A stretch of 64,000 bases of DNA from an uncultured Planctomycetaceae bacterium (GCA_964531695.1 CAZHEH010000001.1:195546-259545); one strand, 5' to 3'. Numbered from the stretch's first letter, positions 49,173-64,000 are shown. The notes: generated by a model from the sequence alone, not told the origin. A program made the numbers and translations.

Positions 49173-49200
49173 CGTTCTGCGCTGCCTTGGGTGCGCCGCC

Positions 49201-49587
49201 TCAGACCACTTCCGAGGCCAGCGACACGATCTTCATGAAGTTCTTCTCGCGGAGCTCGCGGGCGACGGCCCCGAAAATCCGCGTGCCGCGCGGGTTGTTG
49301 TCGTTGTCCAGGATGACGGCCGCGTTACTGTCAAAGCGGACGTAGCTTCCGTCCGACCGCCGCACCGGGAATCTGGTCCGGACGATCACGCACTTCACGA
49401 TCTCACCGGCCTTGACATCGCTGCCGGGCATGGCCCGCTTCACCGAGGCGACGACGATGTCGCCCAGATGGGCCACCCGCCGGGTCAGGCCCTGCCGCCG
49501 CGTCGAGCCGCCCAGCACCTTGATGCAGGCCAACTCGCGGGCGCCCGTGTTGTCCGCCACGTTGAGGCGCGTTTCCTGCTGAATCAC
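49201..49587 (-). CDS. rplN: 50S ribosomal protein L14
   Basis: '(M)[15 protein letters not shown]' aligns to the L14 start. GTG start at 49585-49587 overlaps the rpsQ stop. Upstream ORF residues rejected. Confidence 0.9.
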   Translation of the reverse strand: MIQQETRLNVADNTGARELACIKVLGGSTRRQGLTRRVAHLGDIVVASVKRAMPGSDVKAGEIVKCVIVRTRFPVRRSDGSYVRFDSNAAVILDNDNNPRGTRIFGAVARELREKNFMKIVSLASEVV

Positions 49588-49871
49588 CGTTCGATCTCGC
49601 TCCGGCGGAGGATTCGCACCAGCCGCCACGACTTGGACTTACTCAGGGGCCGGCACGGCGCGATCTCGACGCGGTCGCCCTCACGGGCATCGTTGTTCGG
49701 ATCGTGCGCCGCCAGCTTCGTTCTTCGCCCGACGATCTTGCCGTACTGGGGGTGCTCGACGAGCGTCTGCACCTCCACGCGGGCGGTCTTGTCCTCCTTG
49801 GACGAGACCACCAGGCCCACGCGGGAGCCGCGGCTCTTGGGTTTCCGGTCTGTCTGGGTCGCTTCCGCCAT
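49584..49871 (-). CDS. rpsQ: 30S ribosomal protein S17
   Basis: '[29 protein letters not shown]' OB-fold S17. Confidence 0.92.
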   Translation of the reverse strand: MAEATQTDRKPKSRGSRVGLVVSSKEDKTARVEVQTLVEHPQYGKIVGRRTKLAAHDPNNDAREGDRVEIAPCRPLSKSKSWRLVRILRRSEIER

Positions 49872-49888
49872 CTTCGCCTACGCTTCCG

Positions 49889-50098
49889 CTAGCTTGCCTG
49901 CCGCCCGGCCGCGAGTTCCCGCTCGCGCTGAACGGTCAGGATGCGGGCAATGTCCCGCTTGGCCCCGACGAGCATGCTCGGATCCTCGAGCTTCTCCGTG
50001 ACGGCCTGGGCCCGAAGGTCGAACAAGTGCCGGCGCAGCCGGGCCAGTTCCGTGTCCAGTTCCTCGTCCGTCAGTTCTCGTACTTCGCTGATCTTCAT
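49889..50098 (-). CDS. rpmC: 50S ribosomal protein L29
   Basis: 69 aa from the internal ATG: 'MKISEVRELTDEELDTELARLRRHLFDLRAQ'. Confidence 0.9.
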   Translation of the reverse strand: MKISEVRELTDEELDTELARLRRHLFDLRAQAVTEKLEDPSMLVGAKRDIARILTVQRERELAAGRQAS

Positions 50099-50112
50099 CG
50101 CTGACGTTCCGC

Positions 50113-50532
50113 CTATATCGCCGGCCGACGATGCACCAGCCGGCACCGCAGCGGCATCTTGTGGGCAATCAGCCGGAGGGCGCTCTTGGCCGTCTCCTCG
50201 TCCACGCCGCCGATCTCGAACAGGACGGTGCCGGGCTTAACCACGGCCACCCAGTCCTTCGTCTCGCCCTTGCCCTTGCCCATTCGCGTCTCGAGCGGCG
50301 TGGCGCTGACGGGCTTGTCCGGGAAGACCCGGATGTACACCCGACCCTCGCGATGGAGGTAGTGCGTCGCCGCGACACGCCCGGCCTCCAGTTGTCGGGC
50401 CGTGATCCAGCCCTGCTGGGTCGTCTGAAGCCCGCAGTCGCCGAACGCGACCGTATGGCCGCGCGTCGCGTTGCCGCGAATCCGGCCGCGCTGCTGCTTG
50501 CGGTGCTTGATGCGTTTCGGCATTAAGGCCAT
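50113..50532 (-). CDS. rplP: 50S ribosomal protein L16
   Basis: 'MALMPKRIKHRKQQRGRIRG', 'RMGKGKG' motif. Confidence 0.93.
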   Translation of the reverse strand: MALMPKRIKHRKQQRGRIRGNATRGHTVAFGDCGLQTTQQGWITARQLEAGRVAATHYLHREGRVYIRVFPDKPVSATPLETRMGKGKGETKDWVAVVKPGTVLFEIGGVDEETAKSALRLIAHKMPLRCRLVHRRPAI

Positions 50533-50559
50533 GGGTCAAATCCTGCCTGATCCGTTCCG

Positions 50560-51426
50560 TTACGACTGATCCGGGCTCTGAGGAGCCCCGCCGGCGGGCG
50601 ACTCGCCCTCACCGCTCGGCGCCTGCGACTCGGGTGCCGACTGCGCCGGCGCGGCCGTCCTGCCGCCCGATCCGCCGCCGCGCCCGCCTCTGCGTCCACC
50701 GCCCGCCCGGGCGGGGCGCTGCTGCTCTCGACGCTGCCGCGCGCGGGTCTTGGCTTGGGCCTGCGCGGCGTCCTCTTCGGCCTTCTGCTCGGCGAACATG
50801 CCGCGGTACACCCATACTTTCACGCCGATCGATCCGTATTGGGTGAAGCACGGCACGAAGCCGTAGTCAACATCCGCCTCGAGCGTGTGCAGCGGGATGG
50901 AGCCCTTCAGTTGGGTCTCCTGCCGCCGCATCTCCGCCCCGCCGAGCCGGCCCGAGACCTGGATCTTGACGCCCTTGGCCCCGGCCTGCATGGCCGCGTC
51001 CACGCGTTGGCGGATCGTCCGCCGGAAGCTCGCCCGCCGCCGGAGCTGCTCGGCAATGCCCTCGGCGATGAGCTGCGCGTCCAGGTCCGGGTTCTTGACC
51101 TCGACGATATTGATGTTCACGCGGCGGTCGGTCAGCTCCTCCAACTCGGTGCGGAGCTTGTCGACCTCGGCGCCCTTCGGCCCGATGACCAGGCCGGGGC
51201 GGGCCGTCCGCAGGTGGACGCGCACGTCCTCGCGGGTCCGCTCGACGTCGATGCTGCTGATCGCGGCGAACGGCGGCTGTCGGTTCAGCTTTTGGTCGAT
51301 GAACCGGCGGATCTTCTCGTCCTCGACGAGAAACTCGCCGAAGTTGCTCTTCGGGGCGTACCAACGGCTCTTCCAGCCGAGGGTCACACCCGTCCGAAAC
51401 CCGATTGGCGATACCTTCTGACCCAT
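50560..51426 (-). CDS. rpsC: 30S ribosomal protein S3 with roughly 55-aa Gly/Arg-rich plus acidic C-terminal extension
   Basis: 'MGQKVSPIGFRTG' and KH domain. The tail 'GGGRRGGRGGGSGGRT...SPDQS' lies beyond the canonical length. Confidence 0.92.
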   Translation of the reverse strand: MGQKVSPIGFRTGVTLGWKSRWYAPKSNFGEFLVEDEKIRRFIDQKLNRQPPFAAISSIDVERTREDVRVHLRTARPGLVIGPKGAEVDKLRTELEELTDRRVNINIVEVKNPDLDAQLIAEGIAEQLRRRASFRRTIRQRVDAAMQAGAKGVKIQVSGRLGGAEMRRQETQLKGSIPLHTLEADVDYGFVPCFTQYGSIGVKVWVYRGMFAEQKAEEDAAQAQAKTRARQRREQQRPARAGGGRRGGRGGGSGGRTAAPAQSAPESQAPSGEGESPAGGAPQSPDQS

Positions 51427-51434
51427 GGGTTAGA

Positions 51435-51764
51435 TCACCCTTCCTCGACCGACACCAACAGGTGACTGGTCCGCTTGTTGATCGGGTGGGCGCGTCCGCG
51501 GTCCTTGGCGCGATACCGTTTGATCGTCGGCCCCTCGTCGGCGCGGGCGTCGACGACGAAGAGGATGTCCACGTCGGCCTCGCCCTCGTTGGCGTTCGCC
51601 ACGGCGCTGGTCAGCACCTTCGAGAACATCGACGCCGCCCGATTCGGCGTGAATTTCAGGATGTCCAGCGCGTCCTGGACGTCGCGCCCGCGGATCAAGT
51701 CCGCGATAAGCCGCGCCTTTCTCGCGCTGATGCGTGCATACTTGTGCGATGCTTGCCATGCCAT
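51435..51764 (-). CDS. rplV: 50S ribosomal protein L22
   Basis: 109 aa from the internal ATG: 'MAWQASHKYARISARKARLIADLIRGRDVQDAL'. The upstream part of the track ORF is rejected. Confidence 0.9.
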   Translation of the reverse strand: MAWQASHKYARISARKARLIADLIRGRDVQDALDILKFTPNRAASMFSKVLTSAVANANEGEADVDILFVVDARADEGPTIKRYRAKDRGRAHPINKRTSHLLVSVEEG

Positions 51765-51784
51765 GCCTGCCGACCTCGCGCGGA

Positions 51785-52051
51785 TTACCGCCTGCCGCTG
51801 TGGTGTCCGCGGAACGTCCGCGTCGGGCTGAATTCGCCCAGCTTGTGACCGACCATGTCCTCGGTCACCGTCACCCGGTTGAATGTCTTGCCGTTGTGGA
51901 CCATGAACGTGTAGCCGATGAACTCCGGCACGACCGTGCAGGAGCGGGCCCATGTCTGGATCGCCTCGCGGCGGCCCGCCTCCTCCATCCGCTGCACCTT
52001 CCGGTACAGCTTCTCGTCCACGTACGGTCCCTTTTTCGTGCTTCTGGTCAT
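51785..52051 (-). CDS. rpsS: 30S ribosomal protein S19
   Basis: '[12 protein letters not shown]..', '[16 protein letters not shown]'. Confidence 0.93.
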   Translation of the reverse strand: MTRSTKKGPYVDEKLYRKVQRMEEAGRREAIQTWARSCTVVPEFIGYTFMVHNGKTFNRVTVTEDMVGHKLGEFSPTRTFRGHHSGRR

Positions 52052-52075
52052 CGTCCGATGCCTCGCGCCCGGCCG

Positions 52076-52927
52076 CTATAGCGACAACTGCCCGTGGCGA
52101 ACGTTCCGCCGCCGCCTCAGGATCATCTTCTTGGACTGCTTCCGCTTCCGGCGTGTCCGGCCGCCCTTGGCCAGCTTGCCCGAGGGCGATACCGGGTGCC
52201 GCCCGCCGGCCCGGCGCCCCTCGCCGCCGCCCATCGGGTGGTCCACCGGATTCATGGCCGAGCCCCGCACGTGCGGGCGCCGGCCCAGGTAACGCTTGCG
52301 CCCGGCCTTACCCAGCCGCACGCTCTGATGGTCCGCATTGCTCAGCGTGCCGATGGTCGCCCGGCACTCGGCGTTGATCATGCGCATCTCGCCGGAGGGC
52401 AGCACGATCAGGGCGTTCCGCCCCTCGCGCCCGGACATCCGGGCGCTCTGCCCGGCCGAGCGGACCAACTTGCCGCCCTGGCCCGGGTTCAATTCCACGT
52501 TGTGGATGTCCATGCCGCCCGGGATCCGCCGCAGCGGAAGCGCGTTGCCCACGCGCGGCTCGGCGTCGGGGCCCGAGTAGAGCTTCTGGCCGATCTTCAG
52601 CCCGGCGGGGGCGAGGATGTAGCGCATCTCGCCGTCCTCGTACTGGACCAGCGCAATGTTGCAGGAGCGGTTCGGGTCGCGCTCGATCGTCTTGACCTCG
52701 CACGGCTGGTCGTCACGGTCGCGACGGAAGTCGATCACGCGGTACTTGCGCTTGTGCCCGCCGCCGCGGTGACGCGCGGTGATCTTGCCGCTGTGGTTCC
52801 GTCCGCCCTTCTTCTTGATCGGGCGGAGCAGCGACTTGGCCGGCTGCGTCTCCGTGACCTCCTCGCGCTGGATGACGGAGCTGTTCCGCCGTCCCGCCGA
52901 GGTTCGCTTGTATGTCTTGATCGCCAT
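52076..52927 (-). CDS. rplB: 50S ribosomal protein L2
   Basis: 'MAIKTYKRTSAGRR', 'NPVDHPMGGGEGR' signature. Confidence 0.94.
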   Translation of the reverse strand: MAIKTYKRTSAGRRNSSVIQREEVTETQPAKSLLRPIKKKGGRNHSGKITARHRGGGHKRKYRVIDFRRDRDDQPCEVKTIERDPNRSCNIALVQYEDGEMRYILAPAGLKIGQKLYSGPDAEPRVGNALPLRRIPGGMDIHNVELNPGQGGKLVRSAGQSARMSGREGRNALIVLPSGEMRMINAECRATIGTLSNADHQSVRLGKAGRKRYLGRRPHVRGSAMNPVDHPMGGGEGRRAGGRHPVSPSGKLAKGGRTRRKRKQSKKMILRRRRNVRHGQLSL

Positions 52928-52954
52928 CGACTGCGCCTCGTCCGGTGCTGCGTC

Positions 52955-53239
52955 CTAGAACAGGTCAATCCGGTCGTCCGGGTCCAGGATCACGACGGCC
53001 TTCTTCCAATGGCTCGTCGTGCCCCACTTCAGGCCGGTCCGGCGCGGCTTGCCCTTCCGGTTGGCCGTGCGCACCTTCATGACCTTCACGTCGTAGATCT
53101 TCTCGACCGCCTGCTTGATCTGGGCCTTGTTCGCCTTCGGATGCACCTCGAAGGCGTAGGCGTTGGCCGTCTCGGCCTGCCAGGTGCCCTTTTCCGTTAC
53201 GAGCGGGCGGACGACGATGTCGTAGATTTCGTCTCTCAC
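52955..53239 (-). CDS. rplW: 50S ribosomal protein L23
   Basis: 'IVVRPLVTEKGT', 'RTGLKWGTTSHWKKAVV'. Confidence 0.92.
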   Translation of the reverse strand: MRDEIYDIVVRPLVTEKGTWQAETANAYAFEVHPKANKAQIKQAVEKIYDVKVMKVRTANRKGKPRRTGLKWGTTSHWKKAVVILDPDDRIDLF

Positions 53240-53904
53240 GCCTCGGCCTCCTCCGCCACCGCGGCCGGGACTGCGGCCCGCTGGGCCTCACCGCGAATCA
53301 GGGCGTCCATCGCCGCGCGGGTCACCAGCATCTTGCGTCGCGTGGCGACCTCGTAGGCGTTCAGCTCCGCGGCGATCCGCACCGTCAGCGACGGGATGTT
53401 GCGGGAGCTGAGGTAGGTGTTCATGTCACGATCCGCGACGGCGAGCAGGCAGGAGCGCTCGATGCCGAGGTTGTCGAGGATCGCGGCGAGCTGCTTGGTC
53501 TTGGGAGCGTCCATCCGCACTTCCTCGATGACCAGCACGTCGCCGCCGAGCATCTTGGCCAGCAGGGCCGAGTTGAGCGCCGCCCGGCGCATCTTGCGGG
53601 GGAGCTTCTTGCCCAGGTCGCGCGATCGCTTGGCGAACGCGACACCGCCGCCGCGGAGGAGATTCGTGCGAATCGTGCCGCGGCGGGCCCGGCCGGTGCC
53701 CTTCTGGCGGAACAGCTTCTGGCTCGATCCGCGCACCAGGCCGCGCGACTTCGTGGCGGCGGTGCCGCGGCGCCGGTTCGCCTGGTAGGCGACGATCGCC
53801 TGCTTCAGCAGCGGCGCGTTGACCGTGCCGCCGAAGGCGGCCTCATCGACCTGCATCGTGTCGGTCTGCTCGCCGCTCGTGTTGTATACGGGAACTTCCA
53901 GCAT
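53236..53904 (-). CDS. rplD: 50S ribosomal protein L4
   Basis: 'KLFRQKGTGRARRGT' L4 signature. 4-nt overlap with rplW. Confidence 0.93.
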   Translation of the reverse strand: MLEVPVYNTSGEQTDTMQVDEAAFGGTVNAPLLKQAIVAYQANRRRGTAATKSRGLVRGSSQKLFRQKGTGRARRGTIRTNLLRGGGVAFAKRSRDLGKKLPRKMRRAALNSALLAKMLGGDVLVIEEVRMDAPKTKQLAAILDNLGIERSCLLAVADRDMNTYLSSRNIPSLTVRIAAELNAYEVATRRKMLVTRAAMDALIRGEAQRAAVPAAVAEEAEA

Positions 53905-53925
53905 CGTGTTTTGCGCCCCGGCCGG

Positions 53926-54582
53926 CTACGTCGCGACCTTCGCCGTCTTGGAGACACGCACCAGCACCGGGGATTCGTTGGCCCCCGGCACGGAGCCCTT
54001 GATGAGCAACAGGTTGTTTTCCTTGTCCACGCGGACCAGGTGGTGGTTGCGGCTCGTGCAGCGCTCGGAGCCCATGTGCCCGGCCATGCGCTTGCCCTTC
54101 TTCAGCTTCGGGCCCGTGCCCGCGTTCGACGCGTGCGACGCAATGGAGCCCGGCGCCCGGTGTACCCGCTTGACGCCGTGCGAGGCGCGCTGCCCGCGGA
54201 AGTTGTGCCGCTTCATGCCGCCGGCAAAACCCTTGCCCTTGCTGGTGCCGATCACGTCCACGGCCGAGACGCCGTCGAACAACTCCACGGTCAGCCGCTG
54301 TCCGACCTCGAGCTCCACCGGCTCCTCCAGGCGCACCTCGCGAACGAGGCGCTTCGGCCCGACGCCCGCGCGGGCGGCGTGCCCGATCTGCGGCCGCGTG
54401 GCCCGGTGCGGCTTGACGTCCTCGAAGCCGATCTGCACCGCGTCGTAGCCGTCCGTTTCGACCGTCTTGACCTGGAGCACGTCGCATGGGCCCGCCTGCA
54501 CGACGGTCACGGGCAGGAGGTTGCCTGCCTCGTCGTACACCTGCGTCATGCCGATCTTTCTTCCCAGCAGCGTGCCAAGCAT
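53926..54582 (-). CDS. rplC: 50S ribosomal protein L3
   Basis: 'LLGRKIGMTQVYDE', 'GTSKGKGFAGGMKRHNFRGQRASHG'. Confidence 0.93.
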   Translation of the reverse strand: MLGTLLGRKIGMTQVYDEAGNLLPVTVVQAGPCDVLQVKTVETDGYDAVQIGFEDVKPHRATRPQIGHAARAGVGPKRLVREVRLEEPVELEVGQRLTVELFDGVSAVDVIGTSKGKGFAGGMKRHNFRGQRASHGVKRVHRAPGSIASHASNAGTGPKLKKGKRMAGHMGSERCTSRNHHLVRVDKENNLLLIKGSVPGANESPVLVRVSKTAKVAT

Positions 54583-54592
54583 TGGTCGGGTC

Positions 54593-54901
54593 CTAGGCCT
54601 TGATCTTGATGAACACGCCGGCGGGCACGACCAGGCGGTTCAACGCCTCGATCGTTCGCACCGTCGGCTCGTGAATGTCGATGATTCGCTTGTGCGTCCG
54701 CATCTCGAACTGCTCGCGCGCCTTCTTGTCCACGTGCGGCCCGCGGAGAACGGTGTACTTCTCCACCCGCGTCGGCAGCGGGATCGGCCCGCAGACCCGC
54801 GCGCCGGTCCGCTCGGCGTGGTCCACGATCTCCCGGGCCGAGCCATCCAGCGACCGGTGGTCGTAGGCCTCCATACGAATACGTATCTTGTCATGCGCCA
54901 T
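54593..54901 (-). CDS. rpsJ: 30S ribosomal protein S10
   Basis: '[22 protein letters not shown]', 'GPIPLPT'. Confidence 0.93.
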   Translation of the reverse strand: MAHDKIRIRMEAYDHRSLDGSAREIVDHAERTGARVCGPIPLPTRVEKYTVLRGPHVDKKAREQFEMRTHKRIIDIHEPTVRTIEALNRLVVPAGVFIKIKA

Positions 54902-54964
54902 GAAGTAATCTCCGGCCGCGCCGCGGAGGTATGATAACGCCAGCGCGAAATGCAGAGTTATTCA

Positions 54965-54992
54965 AAGATACGGATTTCCGCATCGCTGTCAA
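54965..54992 (-). promoter_or_regulatory. putative S10-operon promoter (TTGACA-N16-TATCTT) in AT-rich spacer upstream of rpsJ
   Basis: On the minus strand, a perfect -35 TTGACA (plus-strand coordinates 54987-54992), 16-nt spacer, and -10 TATCTT (54965-54970). Lies about 65 nt upstream of the rpsJ ATG and downstream of the fusA stop. Confidence 0.4.
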
Positions 54993-55026
54993 CGGCTTGG
55001 CACGCTTTTTTTCACGCTTTTCCCGC

Positions 55027-57105
55027 TCATACATGGCGCAGGATCTCCTCGGCCACCTGAGACGGGGCGGGGGCGTACTTGCACGGCTCCATTGTGCCCG
55101 TCGCGCGCCCTTGCGTGATGGACCGGAGCTGAGTCGTGTACCCGAACATCTCCGCCAGGGGAACTTCCGCGGTCAGCGACCGGAAGCGACCCCGGTTCTC
55201 CATGTGCTTGATCTCCGCCCGTCGCGCGTTCAGGTCGGCCGTGACCGCCCCGAGGTAGTCCTCCGGCGTCATCACGCGGACCCGCATGAGCGGCTCCAGG
55301 AAGACCGGATCCGCCCGCTTGCACGCCTCGGCGAACGCCAGGGCACCGGCTTGCTGGAAGGCGATGTCCGAACTGTCCACCGGATGGTGTTTGCCGTCCA
55401 CCGCCGCCGCCTTGACGTTCAGCATCGGGAAGCCCGCCAGCGGCCCGGAGCCGGCCGCGTCCTTGACGCCCTGCTCCACCGAACGCATGAATTCCTTGGG
55501 AATCACGCCGCCCTTGGTCTCGTCCGCGAAGACGATGTGCTCCTCGCCCTCTTCCGGCACATGGGGCTCGACGCGAAGCTGCACCACGCCGAACTGCCCG
55601 CGCCCGCCGGTCTGGCGGACGAAGCGCCCCTCCGCCTCGGCCGTTCCGCGGATCGTCTCCTTGTACGCCACGCGCGGGCGCCCCACCCGGACGTCCAGGC
55701 CCAGGTCGCGCACCAGCTTGTTCTGGATGATCTCCAGGTGCAGCTCCCCCATGCCCGAGATAACGGTCTGGCCCGTCTCCTCGTCGAAGGCGGCCCCGAA
55801 GCTCGGATCCTCGCGCCGAAGCACGTCCAGGGCCTCGGCGAGGCGCTGCTTGTCCGCATTCGTCCGCGGCTCGATCGACATGCTGATGACCGGGTCCGGG
55901 AACTGCACCGTCTCCAGCAGGACCGGGTCGTGCGGATCGCAGAGCGTGTCGCCGGTCAAGCTGTTCTTCAGCCCGACCACGGCCGCGATCTCCCCCGCCG
56001 ACAGCTCCTGCAGGGCGGTCCGGTCCTTGGCGTGCATCTGCCAGATCCGGTTGACCACCTCCTTCTTGTCCTGCGTGCTGTTCAGCAGGCGGGTGCCGGT
56101 GGTCAGCCGGCCGGAGTAGACGCGCACGTAGCTCAGGTCGCCGTGCTGATCCGAAGTGATCTTGAACACCAGCGCTGCGAGCGGGCCGTCCCTGTCGGCC
56201 GGGCGGTCGATGATCTCCTCGCTTCGCTTGCCGATGCCCCGGCCCCGCACCGGCGGCACCTCGACCGGACTCGGCAGGTAGTCCACCACGGCGTCCAGCA
56301 GCGGTCGCACGCCGATGTGGTTCAGCGCCGAGCCGCACAGCACCGGATGCAGCGTGCCGGCCAGCGTGCCCTTGCGGATCGCGGCACGAATCTCGTCCTC
56401 GCCGACCGGCTCGTCGTGGAGGTACTTGTCCATCAGTGCGTCGTCCTGCTCGGCCGCCCGTTCGAGCAGGTCGTGCCGCAGGATCTCCACCTGGTCGTGA
56501 TACGCCTCGGGCACGGGCTCCTCGCGCATGTCCGTGGCGATCTCGGCCGGGTCGTAGTAGATCGCGACGTTGCGGATCAGGTCGATCTGACCGACGAAAT
56601 CCTCGCCGGCGCCCATCGGGTACTGGAGAACGACCGGGTGGGCCCCGAGCCGACCGCGAATCTCGTCCACCGCTATCTCAAAGTCCGCGCCGGAGCGGTC
56701 CATCTTGTTCACGAAGCACAGCCGCGGCACGCGGTATCGCTCCGCCTGATGCCAGACGGTCTCGCTCTGGGCCTCCACGCCGCCGACGGCGCAGAAGACC
56801 GCCACCGCGCCGTCGAGCACCCGCAGCGACCGCTCGACCTCCGCCGTGAAGTCCACGTGACCCGGCGTGTCGATCAGGTTGATGCCGTGCTTGCGCCACT
56901 CCAGCGTCGTGGCGGCAGACGTGATGGTTATGCCGCGCTCCTGCTCCTCAGCGAGGTAGTCCATCACGGCCGTGCCGTCGTGCACCTCGCCGATCTTGTA
57001 CGTCCGTCCCGCGAAGTAGAGGATTCGCTCGGTAACGGTCGTCTTGCCGGCATCGATGTGGGCCATGATGCCGATGTTGCGGATTGTCCTGAGGTCCTTG
57101 GCCAT
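55027..57105 (-). CDS. fusA: elongation factor G
   Basis: G1 'AHIDAGKTT', G3 'DTPGH', G4 'NKMD', domains II-V present, 692 aa. Confidence 0.94.
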   Translation of the reverse strand: MAKDLRTIRNIGIMAHIDAGKTTVTERILYFAGRTYKIGEVHDGTAVMDYLAEEQERGITITSAATTLEWRKHGINLIDTPGHVDFTAEVERSLRVLDGAVAVFCAVGGVEAQSETVWHQAERYRVPRLCFVNKMDRSGADFEIAVDEIRGRLGAHPVVLQYPMGAGEDFVGQIDLIRNVAIYYDPAEIATDMREEPVPEAYHDQVEILRHDLLERAAEQDDALMDKYLHDEPVGEDEIRAAIRKGTLAGTLHPVLCGSALNHIGVRPLLDAVVDYLPSPVEVPPVRGRGIGKRSEEIIDRPADRDGPLAALVFKITSDQHGDLSYVRVYSGRLTTGTRLLNSTQDKKEVVNRIWQMHAKDRTALQELSAGEIAAVVGLKNSLTGDTLCDPHDPVLLETVQFPDPVISMSIEPRTNADKQRLAEALDVLRREDPSFGAAFDEETGQTVISGMGELHLEIIQNKLVRDLGLDVRVGRPRVAYKETIRGTAEAEGRFVRQTGGRGQFGVVQLRVEPHVPEEGEEHIVFADETKGGVIPKEFMRSVEQGVKDAAGSGPLAGFPMLNVKAAAVDGKHHPVDSSDIAFQQAGALAFAEACKRADPVFLEPLMRVRVMTPEDYLGAVTADLNARRAEIKHMENRGRFRSLTAEVPLAEMFGYTTQLRSITQGRATGTMEPCKYAPAPSQVAEEILRHV

Positions 57106-57428
57106 ACTTCAGTCGCGCCCATGGTGAGGATACGCACATCCCGGACGCGGCGCGGAGGCGCGCTGTCGTCGAGGGGAGGATATACCCGCCCGCGAGCTGG
57201 GAACCCGCGAGCACCGGCCTTGGTCCCGTCGGGACAGGCCGGCCCGGTTGTCTTATCTCAAGCGCCCTTCGGGCTTCTCTGAGTCCCGGCAGGTCCGCAG
57301 GCGGCGTCACCCGCCGGGATCGTCCCGCGTGGGACGATTCAACCATCACCGCTTGGAGACCGTCTGGGGTCTCGTATCGGCCAGCGATGTGGCCACGTTG
57401 TCTACGTCCACGTCTACGCCGGAACCGC

Positions 57429-57905
57429 CTACCAGGCAAAGTGCGCGAAGGCCTTGTTCGCCTCGGCCATCCGGTGCACGTTCTCCCGGGTCTGCATGGC
57501 GCTGCCCTCGCCGTTGTAGGCGGCCATCAGTTCCTGGGCCAGCCGGACCGGCGTGGGCTTGCCCTGGCGGTTCCGCACCGCCTCGCGAAGCCATCGGATC
57601 GCCAGCGAGAGCTGCCGCTTCTGGCTCACCTGCCGCGGCACCTGGTAGTTGGCGCCGCCGACCCGCTTCGACCGGACTTCGATGAGCGGCTTGACGTTGT
57701 CCACCGCCTTCTCGAAAACCTCGATCGGCGGCACATCCTTGATCTTCTCGCCGATGATGTCCAGGGCGTCGTAGAACACGCGCTGCATCACCGCCTTCTT
57801 GCCGTCGACCATGAAGCAGTTGATGAACTTCGCGGCCAACTTGCTGTTGTGCCGCGGGTCCGGGCGGAACTGCTTCTGCGATGCCGTAAATCTCTTGTAT
57901 CCCAT
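57429..57905 (-). CDS. rpsG: 30S ribosomal protein S7
   Basis: '[22 protein letters not shown]', '[14 protein letters not shown]'. Confidence 0.93.
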   Translation of the reverse strand: MGYKRFTASQKQFRPDPRHNSKLAAKFINCFMVDGKKAVMQRVFYDALDIIGEKIKDVPPIEVFEKAVDNVKPLIEVRSKRVGGANYQVPRQVSQKRQLSLAIRWLREAVRNRQGKPTPVRLAQELMAAYNGEGSAMQTRENVHRMAEANKAFAHFAW

Positions 57906-58023
57906 CGTTTGGCTCTCAGCGTTTCCTGGCGGCCTCGGAGCGGCGCTCCTCGCCGTTGTTTATCGTCTCACCAGTACTCTCGGCCCGCGCCGAGCGTGAG
58001 TCACTTCCTCGTTTCAACCGGTG

Positions 58024-58395
58024 CTACTTCGGCCGCTTCGCCCCGTAGCAACTGCGGCTTTGGCGGCGGGCCTCCACGCCCAGGGCGTCCAGCGTGCCCC
58101 GGACGATGTGGTACCGAACGCCCGGCAGGTCCCGCACCCGGCCGCCCCGCACGAGCACAATGCTGTGCTCCTGGAGGTTATGGTCGATGCCCGGGATGTA
58201 CGCGGTGACCTCCTTGCCGTTGCTCAGCCGCACGCGGGCCACCTTCCGCAGCGCGGAATTCGGCTTCTTGGGCGTCACGGCCTTGACGGAAAGGCACACG
58301 CCCCGCTTCTGCGGGCATTCCTCCAGGGCGACGTTCTTCTTCTTCGCCCGGACCTTCTTGCGGCCCTTACGCACCAGTTGGTTGATTGTCGGCAT
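58024..58395 (-). CDS. rpsL: 30S ribosomal protein S12
   Basis: '[12 protein letters not shown]', '[10 protein letters not shown]', 'HNLQEHS' signature. Confidence 0.94.
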   Translation of the reverse strand: MPTINQLVRKGRKKVRAKKKNVALEECPQKRGVCLSVKAVTPKKPNSALRKVARVRLSNGKEVTAYIPGIDHNLQEHSIVLVRGGRVRDLPGVRYHIVRGTLDALGVEARRQSRSCYGAKRPK

Positions 58396-58468
58396 ATTCG
58401 TCCTCGTTGCGCCGCACGCACCCCGGCGGCGCCGTTCGTTCGTTCATCAGCCAGTCCGGCCCCGAACC

Positions 58469-62788
<4,320 letters not shown>

Positions 62789-63142
62789 CGCTTCGCTCCG
62801 CTACGCGAGAATTCCGAATGAGGAAGCGCGAATGACGAACCAAGCCCGAAGCCCGAACCACGGCGTCCGTCGCCCTTCGCCTGCGCTCGTCATTTTCCGC
62901 CTTGTCCTCGTCACGGCTCCGTCAATCATCCTGCTTGCCGCATCCGCGGAAGATCCTCGAGAAGATCAGATTCAGTTCCGTGGCCTCACGCCAAAGACGC
63001 CTGGCATCCGGGGCAAGCCCCGCCCATCGCATCCGTCGCTGATGCCTCGTCCGTGCCCATTCCAGACTCGCCCCGCCGACACGCCGCCTTCGTTATTCGG
63101 GGTTCGTCATTGTTTCATCATTCGCGCTTCGTCATTCGGCGT

Positions 63143-64000
<858 letters not shown>

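Noticed and set aside
56948-57439. 163-aa minus-strand ORF spanning the rpsG-fusA spacer
   Set aside because: Out of frame with fusA and overlapping its start. Arg-rich (RRRRGRRQRG). Treated as noncoding structured spacer.

Overview
This is a high-GC (about 68-70%) bacterial chromosomal window, densely coding, with ribosomal-protein start codons of ATG, GTG and TTG. The right-hand 25 kb (39.2-64.0 kb, all on the minus strand) is a contiguous core-gene run: rpoB' (partial)-rpoC, rpsL-rpsG-fusA (str), rpsJ through rpsQ (S10), rplN through secY-adk-map-rpmJ (spc), then rpsM-rpsK-rpsD-rpoA-rplQ (alpha). It has no tuf, no rpmD (L30) and no infA. The left 39 kb holds housekeeping and envelope genes, a degenerate GspE-like/CvpA pair (below), a tRNA-Leu(GAG), alr, fhs, a stand-alone Pta-N-terminal-like protein, an EEP-family lipoprotein, a secreted beta-barrel candidate, an FAD oxidoreductase, mntP, a PEP-CTERM protein, rsmD, a DUF58/BatA-like pair, a LysE exporter, an AKR-FeS oxidoreductase and a HIT protein. 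The housekeeping genes are an HMGL-like synthase (5' partial), rnr, a GcvT-like protein, lysS, a LolCDE-like ABC transporter, lpxD-lpxI, queA, an amidase_2 and rnc. The gene content (PEP-CTERM, LpxI, BatA-type double-TM anchors, L30-less spc operon, tuf unlinked from fusA) suggests a Planctomycetota-like organism; this is inference only. No transposase, integrase, CRISPR array or rRNA gene is present. The best candidate for an undescribed system is a two-gene operon (18.5-21.5 kb) encoding a membrane-anchored, catalytically dead GspE/PilB-like pseudo-ATPase followed by a CvpA-domain membrane protein. Secondary candidates are a 1118-aa membrane-anchored acidic coiled-coil protein next to rnr, a LolE-like permease with a roughly 480-aa periplasmic insert next to lpxD/lpxI, and strongly structured noncoding spacers inside the rpoB-rpoC and rpsG-fusA junctions. 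All long antisense ORFs in the track are treated as GC-driven artefacts.
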